Shown here piece after piece: positions 1 to 11,965 of a DNA stretch of 64,000 nt. The stretch's first letter is position 1. Each line of letters begins with the position of its first letter. The translations under genes were made by a program, and so were the position numbers. This DNA comes from the human T2T-CHM13v2.0 reference genome, Homo sapiens, in the NCBI RefSeq assembly GCF_009914755.1, contig NC_060932.1; one strand, 5' to 3'. Below the pieces are notes generated by a model, which saw only the letters and a list, made by a program, of their open reading frames with translations, ran no database searches and was not told where the DNA came from.

Positions 1-894
1 TCCCTCGTGTGCTGGCATTGCTAAAACAGGCATTTCTGAACCACTAAAGTCTAGGAATAGAGTGTAAGATATCAAAGTAGGGCTTTTAGCACTTTTGTAA
101 TAATTCTGGCAATTTTTATTCATTTGCATTATCCAGGGGATTGCTACTTGCTTTTCCTGCTGTTTTGTTTGGGGAAGTTATACCTCTGCCTCATAGGGCT
201 TACAAAAACAATGAAGAAAAATGTTTTTCCAAAATTCCCAGGGAGGCTAAATTTAAGTTAATGCCAAAGGCCTAACTGCAATGGGGAGAATATTCTGTAT
301 TTCGGTGGGGTTTTGTTTTGTTGATCAGTTGGTTAGGTGAGTCTGGGGTCTCTTTTCTCTGACTAGACAGAAGTAAAAAGATGGTGGGGTTATTCCTATT
401 CATAATGATGTCTATAGTAAAATATGTTTTTTCCCTTTTGCTATAAAAATAAAATAAAATCTAAACATTAAAATTGTTGCTGCTATTAAGCTAGGTGATT
501 TATTAGCCTAGATACTTCATCCATAAGCAGCTTAAGGTTATAGGACCTCTAGTCTAAGCAGCAGAAGAATGGGACGCTATGCTTATAGTGTCTCATAAAA
601 TCCTCAACATCTCTGCTCACGGTCATGAGACACCAGAAAACTAATGCTGAAGCTGATCGACCAGTCATGGCCCTAGTTTACTGACTCCTGAACTTAGTCT
701 CACTACACTCTGGTCTCCCTCTTCCTCATTTTAGATTTTAGTTAAGTCCCTGGCAAAAACACGTAAGGACGGGATGAGTAAAGAAAGGAGGAAAAAATAC
801 CAGTTGAACACATAGCAATGTCTCCTACCCTTCTTGAAAATGACAAAAACCATAGGTCACAGAAGTCTCAACTCAGATACTGCTTACAAGAAAT

Positions 895-1609
895 TTTTGG
901 ATAACCATTCAGGAGACACAAACCACACAGTAGGTTAATGGAAAGTCTAATATAAAGAATACTACAATAAAATAGTAACTACGTGATCTAAACTCTCTCT
1001 GGCAAACACGGACTGACAGAAAGTGCCCAAGGAAGACAGACATGAAAGGACTCAGATGTCTTGGAGAAGGTGTGCTTCAGCCACCAGACGGCTGAGAAGT
1101 TTGCGGGCTTGGCCAGGCCAGAGCTGATCTGGAGACACCAGACAGGCAACATCACCCTCTGGATTGCAGATTGTCAGGAACTAGCAGCATGACGTGCTGG
1201 GGGTGTCCAGGCACTGACGGGGGCAGGAGGCCTTGGAATCATCTGCGGGGATGCTGGGCACTGCCACGGACAGAAGCGGCACAGGCAGGGGCGGCCCAGG
1301 GGCTCTGGTGCCCTGTGGGGAGGGCTGCAGAAACATTACCACCAGGCTGAGGGTTTGAGGTCGCAGAGACTGAGTTCTGGGGCCATGACTGGGGCAGGCT
1401 CAACGGAAGGTCCTCATGCCCACAAAAGAAATGGCAAGAGAGACTTCCTCCAGCAATGACCCCCCTCCCCCAAAGCGCCCTCTACTGACAATGCTTAATG
1501 TCGTGCTCACATTAAACAAGAAACACCAAGGACATTCCTTGGCTTATCACAGAGCTTACACAGAAAGATGTATTTGGAGCTAAGAGGCAACAAATTAATA
1601 ACAGACACA
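895..1609 (-). mobile_element. ERVL solo LTR, LTR41/LTR33 family
   Basis: Reverse complement of 1440-1609 reads TGTGTCTGTTATTAATTTGTTGCCTCTTAGCTCCAAAT...GTGAGCACGACATTAAGCATTGTCAGTAGAGGGCGC, like the LTR41/LTR33 5' end as recalled. Left boundary approximate. Confidence 0.7.
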
Positions 1610-3085
1610 CTTCAAAAGATACAAATCACCAAAAAATAACACGAGAAATAGAAAATCTGAAATAGAAAACTCCATGCTCCCAGATTTTCACTGAGAAACT
1701 CTAGATACATTCAAGCAAGAGATAATATCAATCCTATGTAAACGCCTTGAAAAAAGAGGAAGGGGGAACCTTTCCCAGCTCATTTCATAAGACCCACATT
1801 ACTCTGATGCCAAAACCAGACAAAGACACAAGAAAACTAGAGACAGATCCCCTTTATGAACACAGAATTTAAAATTCTTTAATAATACTGAATTCAGGAA
1901 TATATAAAAAGTATAACAATCATGGCCAAGTGGGATTCATCCAAGGAATTCAAAGTTGTTTTAACAATGAAAAAATTCAATTAATGTCATTTACCATATT
2001 AACTGGCTAAAAAAGAAAAAAAATCTGATCAACTCAATAAATGCTACAAAAAAGCATTTGATACAATTCAATACCTACCTGTGTTTAAAAAACTTTTTTT
2101 AGTCAACAAGGGAGATAAGCTAATAAAAAAAATCTACTAAAAAGCTACAGCTGCATCATACTTTATGGTAACAGACCGAACGTTCTCAGCCTTAAATTAG
2201 GAATGAAGCTAGGGTTTACACTCACTCTACTTCTATTTGACATTGTAGTGAGGTCCTAGTCAGTTCAAAAAAGGCAAGAAAAAGAAATAAAAATCGTACA
2301 AAAATGAAAGAAGGAAAATACTTTATACGCAGACAACATGATTGTGTAAGTAAAAAATCCTAAGGAAAAAAGCTATTTGTACTAAAAAGTTTACCAAGCT
2401 CACCAAATGTAGGTCAGTATGCAAAAATAAACTATAATTTTACATAGTAGCAACAAATGAAATGTTAATTTCTTTTTAAAAGAAGTACTTTACATAATAA
2501 CAACATATAACATGAAATACTAGGGAGATTTTTAATAAAATGTCAGTAAGGTCTGTACCCTGAAAACTATAAAACACTGTTGAGAGAAATTAAAGCATAT
2601 AGAAATCAATGGAAAGATACATCATGTTCATAAACTGAAAGACTCTGTAAGATGTCAATTATCTTCCAAATTAATCTGTAGTTCAGCACAAAGCTGATGG
2701 AAACCTCAGAAAGGTTTTTGTAGACATTGATGAATTGACTCTAAAGTTTAAGTGAAAAATTAAAATACCTAAAATAGCAAAAACAATTTGGAACTATCAG
2801 TTGGAATACTTCCACTACCTGATTTCAGGACTTACTGTAAGGTTACAGTAATCAAGACAGTGTGGTAATGGCATAAGTTCTACAAATGAGTGGAACAGAA
2901 TAGAGAAGACAGGATTTAATTGTGACAAGGGTGCTGAGATAATTCAATCAGGAAAGGACAGTCTTTTCAGCAAATGGTGCTGGAACAACTGTATATCTAA
3001 ATGGGACAAAATAAACCCCAACTCTTACGTCAAACCTTATACGACAATTAACTTTAAATGGATCGTAGCTATAAATGTGAAAGTG
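1610..3085 (+). mobile_element. Degraded L1M ORF2 fragment (RT region)
   Basis: A-rich, with L1 ORF2 hallmarks: CCAAAACCAGACAAAGAC, GGCCAAGTGGGATTCATCC, GCAGACAACATGATTGTGTA (degenerate FADDMI), TACAGTAATCAAGACAGTGTGG, TTTTCAGCAAATGGTGCTGG. No intact ORF. Confidence 0.9.
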
Positions 3086-3239
3086 CTCACAACCTGAATA
3101 CAGTTCCCCATTCTTTTTCTTTCATTCACTCGAAATCCGTAATTGTGGAAATCAACTGAAAACTAAATACTTTCTCAAAATCCACCTCTGTTTTTGTTGC
3201 TATTTTGACATCCTAACGAAACAGTCTGAACACAACCTT

Positions 3240-3560
3240 ATGAGAGGAATGTGACTGTTAAACGATAACATGAGGAAGTTTCTTTGGAGTGATGAACAGT
3301 TCTATAGATCTGTGTTACACAAATCCACAAATGTGATATAATTTCATAGAACTTACACCAAAAAAAGTGCACACAATAACTGGTGAAATCCAAATAAGAT
3401 CTGTATTTAAAAGTATTACACCAATGTGCATTTCCTGGCTTTGACAACACACTGATTATGTAAGATATTAACATTGGGGGAAGCTGGTGTAAAGGCACAT
3501 TGGAACTATGTACGATTTTTGCAGCTTCTCTTCAGTCTTCAACTATTTCAAAAGAAGTAT
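3240..3560 (+). mobile_element. L1MC/L1MD-type 3' UTR fragment
   Basis: ACTGGTGAAATCCAAATAAG...CCAATGTGCATTTCCTGG...TATGTAAGATATTAACATTGGGGGAAGCTGG...TTTTTGCAGCTTCTC matches old L1M 3' ends. Confidence 0.75.
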
Positions 3561-5043
3561 TTTTTTTAATCTTGTGAGAAATCCTCAACATGTAAATATT
3601 CCCTAATTGTTTAAAAGGTGAACTTACAAATACTCAAAGTCTGTAAAGCAAATTGAAAAGATTTTCCTTCCCACAGCATAATGTTCAAAGTTCTGAGGCA
3701 GGAACCTGTTCATTAAATTAAATCCCATGAATTTATAGTCTACATGTATAATGACTGTAAGATCAAATAATTGATAGTTCTTTCTGTTATACAACAGAAC
3801 TACTATAGAACTACCTCTGAAGACAGAAATATCCAGAGTACAATTCCTTGCTGGCAGGTAACATGATGTTTATCAAATACACTTAAAGGACCTTCTAGGA
3901 TTAATTTAAAAACAATAATAGCAAATAACTATTGCCTGCCGGTAACGCTTAGTGTAATCAAAACACTATGGGAAGAAATACAAACCAGGAAGTCATGCCT
4001 TGTCATTACAGTGGATAGCCCACCTATTTATTTCTCAGATTTCCAGGCCTCAGTTTGTTGAGAAATGTATTAAGTCAATGTTGCCTTGGGCTGTGGAACG
4101 ATTTTTGAAAGGGTGGTTGTGTAAGTCAGGCACCTGCACAGTACTCTAGCTGCTGCAGTCCTAGTAAGCTTCCTAACATACAACATGCGGCAGAAGCTGG
4201 TGGTGGAAGGTAGCTTGGGTACCGGTGTAAATCAAGTTCCTCATTAAATCTCCATTTCCTTTCCTGTGCTTCTTTCCAAATTCCACAAATAGTGGAATAC
4301 AAAAATTTTTACTCCAGGACACATCCAAGAATGAGTAAAAAGGAAACCCTTCAAGACACTCCAGGTATCACCGGCCAAGTTTCAAGCCATGCTCAGTCAC
4401 TGTGGATCATGTGGAGACCAAATGTCAAAGGGGGCTCAATCAGCGGCTGGTCGTACCATTTCCCGAAGTTCTCACACTGAGGAAAGATTCTAAAACAATC
4501 CTCTGTAGCATGCTGCCAGGTACCCATGTCTTTAAAATCTAGTTGAGATGAAAAGTATAGCTCCAGTTAAGCTCAAAGTAAGTCCCAATTGAAAGAAACA
4601 CTTCATGAAATTGTACAGAAACAAAGGCAACCCTCTGCCAACACTAAAAAGCATGAATTTACAAGATCAACAATCGGAATGACTGATGACAGCTCACACA
4701 AAAAGATCTAAGGCTGGTATTTTTACAAAAACCAAAGCAAGATCTTTTTCTCCATACAGAGCTCAAAGACAAATGACATATAGGTTTTAAATCTAACATT
4801 TCCACTGAAAAAAACAATAGCAGCACGGCAGGACTAACGTTATGTTAGGCAGAGGCAGCTATCTGCTTGGTGTGACCTCTCCCCGCCCCACCCATCACAG
4901 CCACTACTACCCCAAATCCCTTTAGGAGGCAACAAAGCCTTTCACCTGCAGTTAAAGGTTTAAATTGTATGCGCTTTCAGGAGAACTAACACAGTGATGA
5001 TTTTACCCAAAGGTAAAGGATTACTACTCAATTAGTTATAGAA

Positions 5044-5377
5044 CAGGGGATTGGCAAAACCATGGCCAGCTACCCATATCCAGCCTGCCTCCTGTTTTTG
5101 TACAGCCTATGAGCTAAGAGTGGTTTTCATATATTTTAATGGCTGAACAACCATTAGAAGTACTTCATGACACATGCAAATTCTAAGAGATTCAAATTTG
5201 AGTGTCATTAAATAAAATTTAATGGGAACACAGCCACACTCATTCATTTATATACTGTCCATGGCTGCCTTCACTCTACAATGGCAGAGTGCAGTCATCG
5301 TGACAGGAACCGTATGGCCTGCAAAGCCTAAAATATTTACCATCTGGCCCTTTATAGAAAATGTTTGCCAGCCCCTG
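5044..5377 (+). mobile_element. MER58B-like hAT-Charlie MITE, near full length
   Basis: Termini CAGGGGATTGGCAAA / TTTGCCAGCCCCTG. Internal GGAACACAGCCACACTCATTCATTTA and GCAAAGCCTAAAATATTTAC. Degenerate 8-bp TSD TTATAGAA (5036-5043) / TCCTAGAA (5378-5385). Confidence 0.9.
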
Positions 5378-5689
5378 TCCTAGAACAGGGATGAGAAGAG
5401 GATGGCAAAGTGAGGTTACAAGGAAGCACCTCTTTCAGTGAAGAGGTGAATACATGATAGGAAAAGGGCCACGTGAGGAAAGGCCAGGAGCACAGAAGGC
5501 CAACCTGGCTCACCTTGCCACTGTGTCCTGGTCCAACACGGTAAGGATCAGTAAGAGGCACGCTGTTCCGATACGTATGCAGTATTGTGTGGAAAGTGCC
5601 ATGGTCAGGGGACAAAGGAACTGAGTGTGCAGCTCCCATGGGTTCCACTCCCCCCAACCCAGAACTCCTCCTTTGCACAGGTCAATAAC

Positions 5690-5812
5690 CCCTCTGAGTT
5701 GTGCTTTCCTTCTCTGAAAAAAAAAATGAATGGAAATTACCCCTATCTTATGGAGCTGTTGTGAGAATCATAAGGGGTGATTCACACGAAAGCACTTGGT
5801 CCTGGCATTAGA
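5690..5812 (+). mobile_element. MIR SINE fragment
   Basis: CCTCTGAG..TTTCCTTCTCTG..CCTATCTTATGGAGCTGTTGTGAGAATCA..AAGCACTT resembles the MIR core and 3' part. Confidence 0.6.
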
Positions 5813-6754
5813 GTTGAGCCTTGCAAGATGAGTGGGTTTCCGTAGGAACACAGGACTCAAAGGTCCAGAGGACTGAGTGAATGGTCAGTTCAGGCCTCAT
5901 CCAGGATTCCACAAAAAGCGTCACAGTAGCTGAAACAGAAAATACCACCAGGGCCTGGCTCTTGAAGATCACAGAGAACCATCTGCTACTTTCTTCTCCA
6001 TTGCTCTCTCTTTGGTTCTTTCCCTCTTCTGTCATGGACCTTCTCGCAATGACTCACAAAGACACCCTTGAGCATTCCTCGGCCCACCAGAAGCACTAAG
6101 GATTAAGCTGTGCCCAGAGCTGATTCCCCCAGTGGCATCTTCAGGGCATTAACTCTGAGGTAGAAAGGCAGAAACAGGGTTGTCCATCTTACCCCACCCA
6201 CTCATCATCAGATCGTTTTGCCTATTTGCCCCTACCCACAATGCTTAGGTAAAATCTTTGGGGGAAACCCTAGATCCACAGCTGGTAGCATCTTCCAGCT
6301 GCTGAGGGAGAACTAAATGAGATTCCTGGGACTCAGAGTAATTTATAATGAATTCTAATGACTGCCAAGCCCCAGTCGTGATGCATACTGATGAAATGCC
6401 CCTTGCAGACAGCTGTCCCTCAGTCACCAATTGTCCACAGGGGGATTCGCATTCGCTAAGGGCACAGCCATCTCCAGAGATGAGAGATCAGCAGGGGCTC
6501 TGCAAAAGGAGCAGCAGCCCTTCAGCCTTGAGAGAGAGGATTTCATGGTAAATGTTGGGAATGTTTACCAAAAGCAGAAGGCATGAGGAAAGAACAGTTA
6601 AGAACCGGGTCTCAGCCCTGCAATAAAGATCAAAAGGCTACATATGCAAACTGTTTATTCTCATGTTTTATTCAACATCATTTACTTTCTCTCCCTTTGT
6701 TCACCCTTGATTTCTTTCCTTTCACAGGTCAAGTGATAAAATCAGGCTATTTTT

Positions 6755-6950
6755 CAGTACAATGTGAGTGCTGGATTTGGAGTGGGAAGACCTAGGTAGG
6801 AATCCTGGTTGCATACAGTTGTCAGTTATACGACTGTGTGTCCTTTGACATGTAAACTAACTTTTCTGAATCTAGATCTCTTCATCCACCAAATTTAGGT
6901 CATGCCTGCTCTACCTGTCTACACAAGTTGTTAAGTAGATCAGTGAAAAC
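6755..6950 (+). mobile_element. MIR SINE fragment
   Basis: CTGGATTTGGAGT..AGACCTAGGT..AATCCTGG..CTGTGTGTCCTTTGACA..AACTTTTCTGAATCT. Confidence 0.6.
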
Positions 6951-7357
6951 AAATGGGGAGATGGACGAGGCAAGCTGAATGCATCAGACAAGGCATCCTT
7001 AGAGTTGTTTTTAATATGCCTTCATCCTTAAAAATGTCTTGCTAGTTTCTAAAAAAACCGATCAGGGAAGTGTTAAAAATAATAATAACCCTAGAATCCA
7101 ATGTAAATCAAGCCATTTAATCCCAGTCTGGAAAGAGAAGGATTTTCTGCTATTTTCACCGAGAATAACACCAGCCAAACCTTTTACATCTAGAGAGAAA
7201 GTAGTTATCAAGGTTTACTGTTCCCAGGCAGGAAACTGATTCTTTCTGCTTCTTTGGAAGAGGTTTAGAATGTATTAGTGTCTAAGGTGGGGCTTAGAGG
7301 GTAAGAGTGGGGATTATTTAAGAGGCTGGCTGTGTAAGAGAGCAGTGAGGGAACTGC

Positions 7358-7848
7358 TCACTACCATCAACACCAAAATCATCAACACAACCACTTCCAT
7401 CCCGACCACCACCAATGGCAACAACACCACCTCCACCAACACCATCAACAATAACACCACTATCAAGTCTACCAACACACCATCACTATCAACACTAACA
7501 GCACCACCACCAAGACCATCAACACTACCACTCACAATAACACCAACAAAAAACCACTACCAACACCAACAACATCACGAACACCACCAAGACCAACACC
7601 ACCAACACCACCAACACCTATACCAAGAAAACCAACAACACTACTGTCAACACCATCACTACCAATACCACCAGCAGCAGCACCACCACCAAGACCACCA
7701 AGACCATCACCACCACTACCACCACCAACACCACCTATACCAACAAAACCAACAACACTACTGTCAACACCATCACTACCAATACCACCAGCAGCAGCAG
7801 CAGCAGCAGCACCACCACCACCACCACCACCACCACCACCACCACCAG
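7358..7848 (+). repeat. Degenerate (CAC/CAA/CAT)n trinucleotide repeat ending in (CAG)7(CAC)12
   Basis: Directly visible. CAG x7 at 7789-7809, CAC x12 at 7810-7845, plus an internal duplication with 117-bp period. Confidence 0.95.
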
Positions 7849-8714
7849 CTCAGCTTGTCACCCTGATGCCACACCGTCCTCTTTAGCTCGCAGAGAAAAA
7901 CACTATGCCTCTGTATCTAGGCCTGGGCTTCCAGGGTAGAGTGGGAAAAAAGATTGAAAAAAGAAAGTGTGGGGACAAATAACCTAGCCAGAGATCAGCC
8001 TGTCTCCTACTCTCTGCTTACTAATGTTGCTATTCTCCACAATCTGAACTTCTATATTTTGAACCATTTTTGCCTTGACCGCCACTTCTTCAAGCTCCCA
8101 GACCCTTGGTCTGCCCCTGACTGTAGCTTCAATGGCCTTCCAAGCACTGTTATGACCTCCTAGTTGTAGGATTCTGCCCTGGCTTTTAATAGTAGGTCCC
8201 AGGTGGCATCTCAGCTACTTTGTAAACCTTATACTTTCTGACCCATTATCACACTTAGCCCCTGGCAAACAGAGGCCGTAAGTACCAGATGACACATTGC
8301 AGGTCTGTCTTCGGTTGGTTCTCACACAGCCTTGGTCCTAAGCCTAACTAAGCTGTCTTTATCACCTCCTACATCCTAGTGTGACAATGGCCTAAAATGA
8401 CACTCTCCTGGCTGGGACTGAGGGAGTCAAGGGAGTACCAAGTCTAGGAAGGCAAATAGTCCTCAAGAGCTAAGAGCAAACACAAAGTCAAGATTTAAGA
8501 TAAACTAAGCTATAACATGAGGGTTCCTAACATGGTCAGCTATAGCATCAGTGGAGACGATAAAGGAAAATGTTATAGGCAGGTGAGGTGGCTGGTTGGC
8601 TCATGGAATGTGCTATTTTAAAGACTTGGTCTACACAGTATTATCTGCTTCAAAGGCATGCTGATGTAAAGGGGGAAAACAGAAAATACAGGATTTCAGC
8701 TGGATACACTTAGA

Positions 8715-9312
8715 GCCTTCTCCTTGAGTAACTTGCTTCTCACTAATAGAACATGGCAACACTGAGGACAGCCGCTTATGTGATTAAGTTACAAAGCACT
8801 GTGACTAGGACACTCTCTCTGGTGCTTTGATGAAGCAGGCTGCCATGTTGGAAAGGCCCATGTGACAAAAAACTGGGTGTGGCCTCCAGGCGATGGCCAG
8901 CAAGGAAATGAGGCCCTGAGCCCAATGGCTCTTGGAAACCTGAATCTCCCCCATTCTCCATGATGTGATGATCACACACCGCATGCTTGTATCATAACAT
9001 CTCATGTAACCCATAAATACCTACTATGTGCCCACAATAAATAAAAAATAAATAAATAAATAAATAAACTGAATCTTGCCAACAACCACACAAGTGAGCC
9101 TGGAAGCAGATCCTTCCCCAGTTGAGCCTTCAGATGAGCTCTCCACCTTATCTAACATCTTGAGGGTAGCCTTGTGAGAGACTCTGAAGTAGAGGACCCA
9201 GCTGAGCTGTGTCCGGATTCCTGACCCACAGAAATTGTGAGAGAATAGATGTGTGTTGTTTTAAGGTGCTAGGTTTATGTGATGCATCATTCAGCAAGAG
9301 GTAACTGATACA
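8715..9312 (+). mobile_element. MLT1 (E/F-like) MaLR solo LTR, interrupted by an L1 tail
   Basis: GCTTTGATGAAGCAGGCTGCCATGTTG..GCCAACAACCAC..GAAGCAGATCCTTCCCCAGTTGAGCCTTCAGATGAG..GATTCCTGACCCACAGAAATTGTGAG..GTAACTGATACA. Confidence 0.85.
8948..9065 (+). mobile_element. L1MA (L1MA1-3-like) 3' terminal fragment with (TAAA)n tail
   Basis: CCCCATTCTCCATGATGTG..CATCTCATGTAACCCATAAATACCTACTATGTGCCCACA plus A-rich tail. TSD AAAC(C)TGAATCT at 8936-8947 and 9066-9076. Confidence 0.85.
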
Positions 9313-9864
9313 CACAGTTTAGTTTATACTCTTGGCCTTAACAGCCTGCACCTTCATCTCTCACTTTGCATATTCTTAGTCATTCTGTAAGTCAAATAAA
9401 GGAATATCTGGAATTGGGGTCAGGAATCAGGAAACCTGACATAGCTGCTGCAGCTTAGAGGATAAACCAAGCAAGTCCCTGAAGCCTTTCAATCACCTCC
9501 CTGTCTAGTCCCCAGCCTCAAAAAGTTAGGAGGTCAGAGCTAAGCCAAGAGATCCAGATAGGAGCTGTAGATGGGGTCATGTACCAAGAGAACTATATCC
9601 TCTCCCTGCCCCACCCTTGTATTTCACCCATATGTCTGTATTTTGAAGAGAAAAAAAAATTTCTTACTTAATCTCCTGCTCACCCCCACTCACCCAAAAT
9701 GCACACCAATCACGAAGTTGAGCCAAGGCACTTGGGGTCAGGATAAAGGCTTTTCCCATGCAGGTACATGACCCAAGGGTAGAAGTGAGGTCTCCAGAGC
9801 ACTAACACTGTTGGTGAGACTACCTCTATGTGACCCCAGGAAGTCCCACCAGCTTGACCTTCAT

Positions 9865-10595
9865 AATACGTCTGGACCACGACCACTTCTCACCACCTCC
9901 ATCATGACCCAGCAAGTTCATCTATTTCCTCTGCTAGTGAATTGCCTCCTGACTCTACTCTTGCCCTCTCTCTGGGCTCCTCTCCACCCATCTGTTCTCC
10001 TCAGTAATTGCCTTAAATGTAAATACAATCATGTCATCCCCAGCTTCCATGTTTCCTGTGGTTGTCCATGACTTTTAGGATACATTTCAGTCTTCACTTT
10101 GGCCTACAGGGCCCCTAGAATCTATCCCTGATGGGTCTTCGGCCTCATTTCCTCTCCCATTGTTTTTTTTTTTTTTAATTTTATTATTATTATACTTTAA
10201 GTTTTAGGGTACGTGTGCACAAGCTATACTGCACGCTGTCTTTTGATCATCTCAAGATTCTTACCCCCACAGGGTGTTTGCACTTGCTGGCCTACTGCCT
10301 GGAACATTTCTCCTGCAGATATTTCACTTTCTGACTTCATGCAGGTTTCTACTCAAACCCTTGCTCTCTAGATAATAGCATCCCCTTCTGCTCCCTGCCA
10401 GGCCTTCTGCTTTAAGTTTACTTTGAAACATGTAGCACTATCTGAAATTATAATATATCTGCTTACAGGTTATGTTCTGTCCCCTCCTCCCATCTGCGGA
10501 CAAGTATTTACTGGGAGCTGTAGACGAATTTTTCTCATTCTCACCTATCTCCAGTTTCTAGGATAGTGCCTAGAGTTCAATAAATATTTGATGGG
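9865..10595 (+). mobile_element. L2 LINE 3' portion
   Basis: CCACTTCTCACCACCTCC..ATCATGTCA..GGCCTACAGGGCCC..TTTGCACTTGCTG..TGCCTGGAAC..TCAATAAATATTTG. Confidence 0.75.
10163..10222 (-). mobile_element. Ultra-short L1PA 3' end (about 60 bp)
   Basis: Poly(T) followed by TTATTATTATTATACTTTAAGTTTTAGGGTACGTGTGCACAA, the reverse complement of the young L1PA terminus. Confidence 0.85.
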
Positions 10596-10902
10596 TTAAC
10601 GGTGGATTTGATAGAGAAGTCCAGAGACGAAGACTAGCATGGAACGTTATCAAGATTGAAGTCATACACAAGAGGTAAAGTCCAGGAAGTCAACTAAAAC
10701 AGAATTTTCCAATTTCAAAAATGTGGCAACATTTGGAAGTAGTGAAGAAATAGATGGAGCATTTTAGTACAGCTCTTAATCCAGTGTCTTCCAAAAACAC
10801 CTGATTTCCTGTACATTTCTTCGGTGCAACAACTGAAGTAAACTAAACCACAATTTCCAACAGTGTCTGATACCAGACAAAAATACACGAAATATATACA
10901 AT

Positions 10903-11713
10903 TATGACACAAAAAGGAATATGTATTTGCTCTCTGCCTCTGGTTCCTGGTACAGCGCTCCTAAAACCCTTGGTATTCTGAGTGATGGGGGTAAGGGGAG
11001 CATCTTGTTAGTCATAGCAAACCCCTTTCAACCTTACCTGAGTTATGCTAATGAGGTAACTCCAGGTGGCTTGGGACTGGCTCCCGGAGGAACCAACTAG
11101 GTCATTAGAGGATTGGAAGTTTCAGCCCCACTCTCCAACCTCTGAGGAGGGAAGAGGCCAGTGATTTAATCAATCACTCCTACATAATGAAGCCTCCATA
11201 AAAACCCTAAACAATGGGTTCCTAGAGCTTCCAGGTTGGTAAACACATCAGGGTGCTGTGAGGGAGGGTAGCACCCCAAAGGGCCTGGAAGCTCTGCACC
11301 CCTTCCACATACCTGACCTATGCACCTCTTCCATTGGGTTGGTCCTGAGTTGTATCCTTTACAATAAACCAGTAAATATAATAAACTGTTATTCTGAGAT
11401 CTGTGAGCCATTCCAGCAAATTATCAAACCTAAGGAGGGGGTTGTGTGGACTACTGAGTCAGGTAGTCAAGTCAGAGAGAAGTGCAGGTGACAACCTGGG
11501 GACTTGCAATTGGCATCTGAAGTTGGGGGCAGCCTTGAAGGACTGAGTCCCTTAAGCTGTGGGGTCTAATTCCAGGTCGTTAATGCCAGAATTGAATTGA
11601 ATTATTAGACACCCAGTTGGTGTCTGCAGAGAACTGGAGAATGGCTTGGTGTGGAAAATCTATACAGTTGGTGTCAGAAATGTTTTGTGAGTGTAGAGGA
11701 AACAGTTTTCCCA
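10903..11713 (+). mobile_element. MER21-family solo LTR
   Basis: TCCTAAAACCCTTGG..TTATGCTAATGAGG..TTTCAGCCCCAC..CATAATGAAGCCTCCATAAAAACCC..GAGCTTCCAGGTTGGT..CAATAAACC..GACTTGCAATTGGCATCTGAAGT..GACACCCAGTTGGTGTC. Confidence 0.85.
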
Positions 11714-11811
11714 CTTAGAACAACTTTGGGGTTGACATTTCTGCAAATAAAAATCTTTACATGGGGAGAGGTGTAGGAAACCAGGAAGGCATCGGAAGGT
11801 ATCAGGCCCTG

Positions 11812-11965
11812 AGCTAAGCGCTTTACCTTCAACCTCTCATTGAATATCTTACCTCAACCCACAAAGTCAGCATCCTCTCCATTTTACACATGAGAAAGCC
11901 AGATAAACTGAGGTTTGGAACTGGAACATAAACCCAGGTCTGTTTAACTCCACAGCCCATGCTCC
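11812..11965 (-). mobile_element. MIR SINE fragment
   Basis: CTAAGCGCTTTAC..CTCCATTTTACACATGAGAAA..AACCCAGGTCTGTTTAACTCCA. Confidence 0.6.

Noticed and set aside
440-460. Tandem AATAAA as a gene 3' end
   Set aside because: Part of an (A4T)n-like tract with no upstream exon evidence in the window.
1610-3085. Reverse transcriptase as a possible active or novel retroelement
   Set aside because: Ordinary decayed L1 ORF2 with many stops and frameshifts and no ORF in the track.
6690-6740. Strong plus-strand splice-acceptor pattern TTTCTTTCCTTTCACAG|G (similar ones near 27462 and 63283)
   Set aside because: I could not link it to a matching donor or coding frame. Such motifs are common by chance.
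7345-7866. 173-aa Thr/His/Gln-rich ORF
   Set aside because: It is open only because C/A-rich triplets lack stop codons. It starts at GTG and has no splice or domain evidence, so I treat it as a repeat and not a CDS.
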